From assembly GCF_000143415.4 (NCBI RefSeq), contig NW_003314362.1:1-64000 (forward strand): 64,000 nt of DNA, in the 5' to 3' direction. This stretch comes from Selaginella moellendorffii. Taxonomy: Eukaryota > Plantae > Lycopodiophyta. This document shows positions 13,201 to 24,013 of the stretch, piece after piece; position 1 is the stretch's first letter; each line of letters starts with the position of its first letter. Both the position numbers and the translations under genes were made by a program. A model generated the notes under the pieces. The model was not told the origin of the DNA and did no database searches. It saw only the letters and a program-made list of their open reading frames with translations.

Positions 13201-16200
13201 AGATGCCATCAGCTAAGAGCTGCCTTTCACTGCTAGCAAGCTTATGTACCTCCAAGTCGTGTTCAACAATGTCATTGAATGACGGATAGCGCACACGAGG
13301 ACAATCCAGGCCAGGGAACAAGTCGTTAATAAGACCAAGGAATAACGGTACGTCCTCGAATATGAACTTCGGCAGGTTCATGTCACGAAGTGCTCGCATA
13401 AGCACCAGCTGTTCACTCATGTCAGGAGCACCACGTTTCAATGCCCCTGCCATTACTAGCACTGACTTCAGGGCACGAAGGCCAAAGTCATAGTGGTATT
13501 GCTTGGACAGTTGCTCCCTTGCAAGCTTGTAAAGTACAGTCATCTTCTTTGCTAGAACTTTTGCTGTGTCAAAACTGCAGCAAAGGGAGTTAGAGAGCTC
13601 CTTTCATAACAGGAAATCCGTACCCTTCAGAGAAAAGCATGATCTCGCAGATTTGCTGCAAGTCAGGCACGATCATTGTCACTGGACGAAACAGAGCCTT
13701 CAAGTTGTCAGGCAGCTCCGTTCTGCCGGCATAACCTGGATTCATTGTAATAAAAATACCTGTCCGTGAATCAAGAGCTATCTCCTTCCCCTCAAATTGA
13801 AACTTTTTGAGGTTGTTTTTCAAGGCTTCCTGCAGGAAAAATCGATCAGCATGAAGTCTTTGACAGAAGTTTACAAAACTTGAATTTGCTTAATCTGGGA
13901 AGAAACGACAGACAAAACTTCGGCTTCGATGCGATTGAACTCGTCAAAGCAACCCCAAGCTCCGCATTGCACGAGACCAGAGAAAATCGATCCCATGGCC
14001 TGCACAGTGAAAAAAGGATAACCGTAAGCTTTTCCAAAGCAAGAGCTTCTTTGGACTAACCTTGTAGTCCAGACCATCACCACAATTAAAAACGACACAA
14101 AGTAACGCCATAGATTTTGCGAGATCTTTTGTCGTCTCGGTCTTGCCTGTTCCTGCTGGGCCAGCAGGAGCGCCTCCAAGACGGTAAGTAAGAGCAGTTG
14201 TTAGAGTCATGTAGCATCGATCGGTTAAAGCAGTAATGACGAGCCTTCCGTTTAGACCCATGTATTCGTAGCCAAAAAGAAACTGTCCAGTACATTGCCT
14301 GCAATCAGAAACGTATGGTGAAACACAAGTTACTACAGCCATCCAACCTTATGACTATATCGTCAACCTCCCGGTCCCAGTAAAAACGCAGCTGGCTCTC
14401 CCAGGCAAACTCTCTGTGGTCCAGAATACTGTCTCGGACAAACGTATCTATTATATCTCTTGCATGCACCTCAATAATGATCAACGCATTCACCTGCGTA
14501 AAGCTTCGTGTCACTCGAGGAAAAGACTTTTAAACCATTGAACCTTCTTTCGCTGTAGATTACTCAAATCGGAGCGAACCATTCCAACTAGCTCGTTAAG
14601 CTGATCTGTCAACTTGAAGCTAAAGACTTTCATGGAATTTTTGTTACCAGACCGCACACTGTTGAAAGCATCTTCAACCTCCCATGTCCACCATATTTGA
14701 CTCCCAACAAGGGTAACCATACCGAGATTGTCTGTAATCCACTTGGTACGCCTTGCCTTGGCATAGTGATACACACCTTCCTTAGATATTTGATATAGCG
14801 AACGCCTCATTTCAGCTTCCACCTTTTTCATCCAAACTTCGACAGGCCCATCTGTTGATATAGGAGCCCGTAAGGCATATGTTTCACCTTCAGATGATTT
14901 CATCCCGACAACAGTTTTTGACCGCTCTCCAAAGTCTAAAGCTGCACAATTGTCAAAAAGTTTGAGCATGTGTTCCTGAATAGCAGTTGGATCAGAGCTG
15001 CCCAAAACTGAGAGAAGCTCGTCATCAGAAACAAAGAAAAAACGTGGAAAGGCATTTCTCTTTGTGTCCAAGTACCTGCATTTTCCGGCAGGTCAAAACA
15101 GTACTGAAAAAAGAAAACAGAACAGAAAAGCTCTTACTCTGTCAGACTCTTTTGACAAGTTTCCAGCTGCGTGTAAAGAACATTGAGCGTCGCAAGCCGA
15201 TCTGGTGCCGTGCAGGCATCCACTATATTTGGATTTTTAACAGTTTCATTCATTATCTTCTTCCAGGTCTTGTCGATATTATCAAAACGCTTGGCCTCAT
15301 CGGGCAGCTGATGTCGAATATCATCTGAGATAAATATGCTTTCCAAGTACATCCACTTCCTTTGCACCTACACAGATCATAAATCGATGGTTATATGAGT
15401 AAGTGGAAAAAGTGGGAAGAATACCTGCATTAAGATGTCGATGACCTCTCCAATGAGGCTCAACTTTCTCTCCCAGTTATTTACTTCGTTCAAGAATGCA
15501 CGCACAAAGCGCGAGCTCACCATGCTCTGAAGGTTAAGCATCATATCTTCGAGCAGTACAACGATAGGTTCTGTGGATTTTAATGCCCAGCCCCGATCCA
15601 TCCCGTCCTTGTTGTATTTGAAGATTTCAAATTGCTGCTCTTTCCATATTTCAGCCATTTTTTTCAGGTCCATTTCAATGTTGAGCTCCTTCTGTGCTGA
15701 ATTCGTTATGTCACTGTAGGAGCAAAAATAAAATGTAAAATTGGAACAGGTAAGTTGTAAGGGTGACAGACTGTTACCTGATTACAGCAGAAAAATTATG
15801 CAGCTCCATTCTGAAAAGGTTTGCCAGTGTGAATGATTTAGGATCCATGTCAAAAGATTTTCCTGTTACTTCCATCAGCTTTTCCCAATGTCGTGATCGT
15901 AACGCATCACTTTTCAGGTCCTACACACGTACACCAAAAAGAAGCACATTAGAACACCTTAAGTGCAGCAGCTTACTTGAATAAGCGGAAGAGAATCCTG
16001 AAAGCCCTTGACTTTTGCTTCTAGCAGGGCATACGGTTGAAAGTTTTTGAGAGTACGCAGTCTCTTCAGCCGAACAGTAAATTCTTCAGTAATAGCTACT
16101 AGCCTTTGGATATCCAGTTCAACCCATAAAGTGCTAGCGTAATTGTCAACGGTCGTTCTGAAATCGGTGTAGACTGTATAGATTTGTGAAAGGCTTTTCA

Positions 16201-19200
16201 ACAGTGTCTCCACCTTCAGTCACAAAGAACAAGTGTGCAGTGTGCCATAATAGCAGCAAATGATACCTCGGCTAAAAGAGGGTATGGTGTTATAGGCAAG
16301 TCAAACAGCTTTTGAGCTAGGACAAGTTGTTCCCTATTTCCCTGGAGCCTCAGCAACTCGGCCTGAAAAACCGCGATGAGACAAATTCACCATTTCGAAC
16401 TTGAGACAATACATGCGCGGTCTCCATTAGTTCCACTCCAACATCTAGGTCCGGAGCTTTTGCCGGACCTCGTTGTACTGCCTGATCACGAAATCCTGAG
16501 ACTTCCTTGGCAAACTCAACAACCTGAAAGCATAAAAGCAGGAGAGATGCATTTAAAAACAGAAGTGCGCTGATACCTGTTTCTTTGTGGTCTCAGTGAA
16601 CTTCAGTTTGATTTCTTGCAAGGAAACGTTTAGCAGAGCACACTCTTTCTCCAAGGTTAGCCATCTGGTAAGGAGTAAAATTGCAAATAAATAATGATTA
16701 TAAATTACAAAACATTACCTCTCTCTGATACTTAAAATACGTGACTTTTCTTCAGGATCGTTGTGTAGTCCAAAAAGTTCCCGCGTTCTGTTTCTTTCTT
16801 CCAGGTCCATGTATCTGTGTTTGACAAGGACATTGCCTGATCACATCAACAAAGATGCAATGACATACTCTAACTCCATGACCATGCCTGAACTCTGGAC
16901 TTCCGCAACCACATTCAGGACCATTTTCAGAGTCTCCAAGGTCTCTGGAGGCTGCGGAAACAACCTCGATAAAAACTAGGAAGCAAAAGTGGTGTTATAC
17001 CAGGTGTAAAGTATTGAACAGGTAGTCAATTTTTGCGTGGAGTTCAGTCACTCGGGGCTTTTCACAGTTCGACATTTCATTCCCAATAGCTTGGACCCAT
17101 CCAAGAGCTACTTGATTGATAGAAGCCGCCAACTGGTGGCTGTTAAATACGAGAAACTCCACAGCTTTCTCTTTAGGAAGCTCTAAGATGTCGGTTGCAA
17201 CCTGCAAAATTCATCTAAGCCACAATAAGGGTAAAAATGCATTACCTTGTAATACTTAGCAAGCTTTTCTTCGAATTTTGCACAAGTTGGATTCTTGGAC
17301 GCAAACTTTCCAATAATGGTGAGTTTATCTTGCCTCCATAGGTGTTGAAACTTTCTCCAGTGATCCAAATGTCTGACGAACAACCAAAAGGTGAAATGCT
17401 TCTTAAAGATCGCAATTTACTTGTGCGCTCCAGTCAAGACTTTGTCGATGCAAGTATTTAACGTGAGCATGGATGTTATGATCTGCAATGTATGAGAAGC
17501 CTCTTGAGCTAACTAAACAAAGTGGCGAAACGCACCTTGGGATTAAGCGAGACGTCGCTGTAGAATGAAAAGATAAAAGGCTCCGCATCTTCACTGCCAA
17601 CTCTCTGTTTGCATTGAACTGATTCAAGGAAACTATAATCATTTTCCAGATGCGAACCTGCTCGGGTGTCTCCAAACAAGTCCCATCCATCCACCTGATA
17701 AATGGCTTTGCCGAGTCAACGATACTCCGTACCTGATACAAGGCGGGTTACGTCACAACGCACACCCACCCAATTGTTACTTCGAAACGCATACCATATT
17801 TGTAAGCAGCTTGGTCAGCTCAGTCAAGCTTGGCTGCACAACTATGTCCGGGATATTTAAGTAGCAGTTCAGTTTAAAATAGCGTATAAAATCCGGTTTC
17901 TTACTGCTTGAAACCTGCATCACAATAATCACACGGCTACCCAGAAGAACTTGGAGCATGTACCTTTACAGTAGGAACCTTCTGATAGAGAGCTTTAAGA
18001 GCATCTAGCCCACCGATCACCATCTGGTTGAGAGCCTTGAAGATTTTTCGCTCCCAGAAACTATAGTAGTCAATCAACGCAGGTGATGATCCCGTGTTTG
18101 TTGCTACCACGACTTCTTCCAGTTTTTTCAGAAGAGGAGAGATCCCTTGGTACCTGTAACGTAAACGCTAAAAACTTGTAAGTTGTGTCAGATCTAACAC
18201 TCACTGTTTTAGTGCGTTCTCCTCGGCCTTAAGTCTCTGCTCTTCAATATAATCGTACATCTCCTGCACAAAGGTGCACGCTATAACATTTTTGCAGCAA
18301 CCATATGTCAAACTAGAACCTGAAATTCCATGCTTTCGACATCCCCAGTGGCAGGTGGTAAGTTCAAAAGCTTTGTTTTGGCAATGGTTTCTATGGCTTT
18401 CTCGATGCTAGCCGAGTTGTTTTGAACCTGTAAACAGGTTAGACAAGACAAAGTGACATGACATAGACTGTCAAGGTGACTTGTTTACCTGGGTTACTAT
18501 GGACTTAAATTCGTAGACTGATTTCATGCACGCCCCCACAAATTCCGGAATGCCCAACGAGTTCCAGTTTAGCTGGTTGTAGCCAGGATCAAGCACATGC
18601 TGCAGTTTATCCACACGAATTGCCAAAAGCTTCGACTCCACTGGCGTCAACATCTCCAGGACATTATGGTACCTCTGGAAGGAAAGATTTTCTTTAAATG
18701 CTGCACAATCCCAGATTAAAATCCGGTACCTGCAACATATTCTGAAGGCTCTCGATGCACGTTTGAAACTTTTCTTCCTGGAGTGCTACATTCAGCGCCA
18801 CTTCGGGAAGCTGAAAACCCATTGCGTCCAGATACTTCGCCTCTCTAATGATTTGAACAAGATTTGGATGAAAATTGATAGAGACATTCCCTATCGGGCC
18901 CTTGCTCAATATGGACTGCAAAAGCCTCACTGCATGAAGCTCAGCCTTCGGTTTTTGGCGTACCTGTTTCATGTATACCGATGCGTGGTGATTGACGGAA
19001 TCCGCCCACTTCGTTATCCATTGCTTCTCAAAATACATCATTTGCTTTGCAAACGCTCGATAATGTATTTCCATCTGTTAAAACATGGCTAAGAAAAAGG
19101 ATGGATTCAAATATACCACGACAACCAACCTCCAGCCCTGATGCAGCTTGAACGATATCCGTGCCACCTGTTTCGAATTTCCGCATTGTTTTGCGTAAAC

Positions 19201-21722
19201 GTCCAAAGAGAGACCTCGCCCAGTTTATCGAACCTGCAACCGGAGGCTATAGGCACAAAGGTGTCAGCCACAAGGTGTTTAAGCAACGGTCAAACGACAA
19301 GAAAGTACTTGGTTCCGAGTTCTTGGAGGGGTAGACGAGAGCCGGTCAAAAATTTCTCGTGCACTTTCAATCTCCTTGGTGAACTGCATTAACCATGAAT
19401 GGGGTAAGTAATCAATCGTGGGAAACTAGACAATAAGACTTATTATCTTACAGAGATAGCTGCGTGAATACTTGAATAATTATGTCATTGAATTTATCCA
19501 TCATCTGCTTGTTGATGGTCCCTTCGCTCTTGATGTTTTTGAAACTCCGAAGCAACTCCAAAGCGCCTATACAGAAAGAGCTCACTTAGAGGGAAAAAAA
19601 AAACGAAAAGAAAAGAAAAGAAAAGAAAATAGGAAGAACCACACCTTCAGCACTGCGCAGCTTCTTGAAGGAAGTGTCAATAAATGCTTTCGTAAGATGC
19701 TCAATATTTTCTTTCTCAATATTGAAGTTTGAGACTGTGGCCGACCATTGCAATGCGAAGGCTTTGTCAAACACGTCAAATGCAAGCTTTTCCACGGGCT
19801 CTATCATCGCAGCAACTTTCTATTTACACGAGGTGCCAACGTTAGCACGTGTAGGAACAAAGTAAACCATTCCTCAACTATTACCTGGGTCACAGCATCA
19901 ACACCCTGAGTATCACCGGTCACGGCCTTCAGCTCTGGCCCTAGGAAGTTGTGAAAATCGTAATAAACTTGAACTATATGTAAGAGGTCAATGCAAATGG
20001 ATGCCATGTAGCTTGTGCGCTCAAACAGCTTCTTTCTATCGAACTCCCACCTGCACTTGCAAAGACGGTGTAGCCCGCCAGCCAAAGCCAAAGAAAGAGA
20101 TGGTTCGTACCTGGGATCACGACCCTGAACTTCAATTCGTTCACGGACTTGCATATAAACTTCGCTCCATGAATCCAACACAGCTTTGCCGATTGTAAGC
20201 TTCGAGACCGCAGATTCAGCAGGCACCGTGAAAAGTGTCTTCAGGTCTATTTCCGACGAAACCTTTTCAGCAATCTACACAAAGAGTTTTGTTTTCGCCG
20301 CGCATGCCAACTGGCGGCCATACCTGGTGTGCAATTCTCTCCATCAAGGACCCCATTCGTGCGTCGTCCGAATAATGGCGAGAGATAATCCAGACCATGC
20401 GAAGGGCATTCACCATCGGATTCATTGTCTCCAGTACCCTTGGCAGCGCCCCGCCAGCAATAGTCTGAAACGTTGGTGTTAACCGGCATCACACATACTT
20501 GGGAGAGTACCTTGAAATGCCTCTCTAGTGTCGTGAGGAACTTGACATTGTCTTTGGCCTCCAGAAACATTTTTGCAAGCTCGCCAAACTGCGACATTCA
20601 GCCCACAGTGTACAATGTGAAAGAAACTGCCAGGCAATCCTCTTACGCGAGCTTTATAGGTCCCGACGAGCTCCGAGTTGCTGTTGCCATGCTCCAAAAC
20701 AGCGAGAACTCTTTTTCTCTTGGCAGAGTTGAGCTGCTGGTAGAGACCGCTCAACGAGCTGCTCCTGTCTCGCCAAAACTCCAGCTCTGCCAGAGGATTC
20801 TTCCCGGTTACAACCTGTGCGAGCATCAATCACATTGCAAGAGCAATATAGCAAGTTACCTTTTTCAGCTCGCGAGCTATTAGTGCTTCCAGAGCCTGCA
20901 ACCAGTCCGTAACTGCAGTCTCGAGCTGGTGACAAAACAAGCATGCATAGGTGAGTGAGGACAGTGTAGCACTATCATAGCACACGGCACCTGAAGGATG
21001 AGGTCGAAGTCAATCTCCACTCTGTCAAACGTTTCCGCTGGCAGCGCAGGTATTGCCAGCTGCGTGTCACCAATCAGGAGCTGCTTGACGGTCGACACCT
21101 GCGCAAAGTGGAAGCGAGTTGATCACATACAAGTACTGCTTTCTCCCCGGCACGCAAACCTGAGTTTGGAACCTTTGCATGTTGCTGAGGAGCTCACTTC
21201 CGCTGTGCTCGGCCACCTCGGTGGCCCAGAAATGCGTCTCCCCCCGCCCCGCCTCCTTGCTGAGCACGGGGATAAACACCTGGTTGAGCAGCTGCAAGGG
21301 CCAAAGCAAGGAACAAGGGAGTGAGAGAGGCGAGGAGGAAGGGCTCTTGCCTGCTCCAGTGTTGCCAGGGAAGGCCCCATGGGAAGCGTGCCAAACTCGA
21401 AGCTCGAGGCGATGGCGCCGGGCAGCACGGGGCCCGGCGTGAGCGACTTGACGAAGTACATGACCACGTCGGAGGTGGCATCCTGGGGGAGTACGCCGCT
21501 GGTGCTGCTCGACGACAGCAGCACCTCCATGTCCTGCTCGCCGTCGGGGCTGGGCTGCGTGCCCACGTAAAAGAGCACCAGGGGCGCAGGGCCGTCGAGG
21601 AACTGGAGCAAACCACCCATCCTCCTCGACTCCCCCTGGTAGTCTTGGAACATGCCATCGTCCAGTTCCAGGCCTGCGCATACCTTGGCCTTGAACCACG
21701 CAATGCGGCTGTCGCCCGCCAT
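4287..21722 (-). CDS. DNAH10: Axonemal inner-arm dynein I1/f alpha heavy chain (DHC1/DNAH10 orthologue), many tens of ~50-60 nt introns
   Basis: Four P-loops: GPAGTGKT (AAA1, with [25 protein letters not shown] and [13 protein letters not shown]), [16 protein letters not shown] and GVGGSGKK. The N-terminal tail, linker ([13 protein letters not shown]), stalk and C-terminal HWVLQGVAL are all present. [13 protein letters not shown] at 21722, stop at 4287. Confidence 0.95.
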
Positions 21723-21779
21723 CTGTGACCTAACCGACCGGAGGACACCCTTAAATATTTTTAAGTGTGTCATGGCATT

Positions 21780-23391
21780 TTAAGTTTGGAGCATCCGGAT
21801 TGCCTCGAGGCACAGCTGGAAGAGCGCTTGGTCCTTGTCTCTCACCACCGAGCTCGCGTGCTCTAGCGCCGCCATCGCCAGGCTGCTCCGGTGGTTGTAC
21901 AGGTGAAGGAGGCCCTGCGCCATGAACGCCTCGCCAACCCGGACGTGGTGTGGCCCGTATGACTCTGCTCGCTGCTGGCTTATCTCCTGAATTCACGATC
22001 CAAGCCCGGTGCTCATGTGTACCACCGGAGAAAGGGAGAGAGAGAGAGAGAGAGTTACCTGGAGGAGCTTGGTCATCTCGTGCGAATGGACATGAGCCAG
22101 TGGAGACGTGCACTCGACGTGGACACGGTCAGTGTCGGGCTTGAGGCCACACCCGTGGACATGGGAAGGATCAAACACTAACTCTTTGAGCTTGGGAAGC
22201 CACGACTCGATGACGAGATCGCAACAGGCCATATGGTCGCGCGTTCGCCCCTGGGCACATAAAATTCGGCCATCTTGGATTGCAGAGCTGGATTTGGATT
22301 TAAACACCCACCAGGGAGCGATGGACTTGGCCGAGGTGGAAGAAACTAACGCTGGTGTGGGTGTCATAGACGCCATACTCAAGAGAGTTGTAGTAAATCT
22401 CCTCGGAGTATGCTTTGAGGGCTTCGTCCACATTCCCCTGCACGCGACAAGTTGGTCAAATACTCGCCACCTTTTGTGGTAACCTTGATAACATGCAGCT
22501 GCCCGTAGAGCCGCCCTAGCTCTGCTCGCATGGCGTTGTGACGCGCTCCGGATGTGTCCTGGAGGAGTAGCCATGCAGCCAGCCCCAGCAGGTCCTCGCT
22601 CTGCATCACCCGCTCAAGACCCAGATTGGCCTGGAATATAATACAAGCACTTGTCAGAGATGTATCCAGCTCCGTGACGATGTTACCTGGATGACCATGA
22701 GGTAGAGAGGGACGAGCTGAGGAGTGTGGCGCGGATAAAAGAGCTTCTGCCCGATCTGGACAGCGTCCATTGCAAGCGGCAGTGCTTCCTCGTACTGCAG
22801 CTCGCCGATAAGCTGGACAGCTTCCTCGGTTATCATCCTCAGCAGGTTCACTTGCAGCGTTGCAACCAGATCTTCCTAAGTTCCAAACAGTTGGCCCTTG
22901 AAGAAAGAAAGGGGAGGAATTCACACTGTGGAAACTATACAAGAGGTTGCAGGAGGTTACTCGTCTCCGGTTGTGGAGGATCTCTTCCAGCGTCTGCGGC
23001 GACAGGAGGGTTGCTCCTTTGATTGTGGCTGATTCGGGGGGGATTTCGTGTTCATCCAGCAGCCTGATGAGCCCCTTCTCCTTCGTCTGGACTCTGCTGT
23101 ACCTGCCTGATCTCAGCTCCTGGTCAATCGATTGAAAGCGTGATTGGACTGGGTGTGGCGAGCTGTCGTGAAGAAAGAGACCAACCTTGCCAAATGCTCC
23201 TGGGTTCTCCTTGAACAGCGACACAGCTATTTCGCTCATTGCAAACATCTAGACAATGTGATATGACCGTGAGATGAGGCCGTTGCAACAAAGAATGTAC
23301 CCACATTCCCGTGCGGCGTCGGGAAGAGGTGCAAGAGGACGCCATCCAGATCGATGCCAACAACTCGATCCACCTTGTTGTTCGTCGTCAT
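21780..23391 (-). CDS. ZMYND12: ZMYND12/p38-like TPR protein (inner-arm dynein accessory subunit family), with no MYND finger
   Basis: YEEALPLAMDAVQIGQKLF..QLVPLYLMVIQANLGLERVMQSEDLLGLAAWLLLQ..RAELGRLYGQL..DEALKAYSEEIYYNSLEYGVYDTHTSVSFFHLG parallels ZMYND12 (AVPAALQSL..LVPAYLLLAEASLGLGR..ANDIYFAS..GGYFHLA). The last exon ends LEAIRMLQT* at 21780. Confidence 0.75.
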
Positions 23392-23471
23392 GGCGCGAGA
23401 GCGTTTAGGGCCTGTCCGGTAGTTAGGACGTGAACGAGTGCCTGCGCTAGGGTTTGCTTGCGGCTGGAGAG
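23392..23471. promoter_or_regulatory. 80-bp divergent (bidirectional) promoter with telo-box
   Basis: The ATGs of the ZMYND12-like gene (23391, -) and the Ycf20-like gene (23472, +) are 80 bp apart. The spacer contains TAGGGTTT (telo-box AAACCCTA on the - strand) at ~23448-23455 and TTTAGGG at ~23404. Confidence 0.55.
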
Positions 23472-23930
23472 ATGGCCGGGGCTGGGATCCTGTGCGCGCC
23501 GGCGGTGGCGGGCGCGGCGGGAGTGGCGGGCGCGGCCACGGCGACGAGGAGGAGAATTGGGAGGAATGGAGTGGCGGCAGCAGCAGTAGATGAGGGTGGA
23601 GGCAAGCGTCGTCGGCAAAGGCTGCTAGACTTGGTTGGGCGCGTCCCGGGTGCGGCTACAAACTACTTCAGGAGCCCCTGGAGGAGAGCCCTGTTTGGAG
23701 GCATATCACTGCTGGGCGGCTTCTTCGTGGCACAGACAATCTCCCTGTCGTTTGGGGCGGTGGGTGTCAACGATGTCATCGCGTCGGCGCTGTGCGTGCT
23801 CCTCACCGAGTACATGACCCGCTTCTACTTCACCCGCCAGCGCCCGTCCCTCGGGGTAGCGCTCCTCAACAATTTCAAGATGGGCTTCACGTATGGCCTC
23901 TTCATCGACGCATTCAAGCTCGCCAGCTAG
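23472..23930 (+). CDS. Ycf20-like protein (DUF565), plastid-targeted, intronless
   Basis: NYFRSPWRRALFGGISLLGGFFVAQTISLSFGAVGVNDVIA...LLNNFKMGFTYGLFIDAFKLAS is the Ycf20 signature, preceded by an Ala/Arg-rich transit peptide. Confidence 0.92.
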   Translation: MAGAGILCAPAVAGAAGVAGAATATRRRIGRNGVAAAAVDEGGGKRRRQRLLDLVGRVPGAATNYFRSPWRRALFGGISLLGGFFVAQTISLSFGAVGVNDVIASALCVLLTEYMTRFYFTRQRPSLGVALLNNFKMGFTYGLFIDAFKLAS

Positions 23931-24013
23931 CTATAGATCATTCGTGCTCTGGATCTCTTAAATCCGTGTAAGCGAGGAAAGCACCTAGGGCTTTAGGTGA
24001 TGTCGTGCTTGCC

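Noticed and set aside
4287-21722. Dozens of separate short ORFs or an apparently fragmented dynein pseudogene
   Set aside because: The breaks I checked coincide with canonical ~50-60 nt GT-AG introns that preserve frame. Not every junction was verified.
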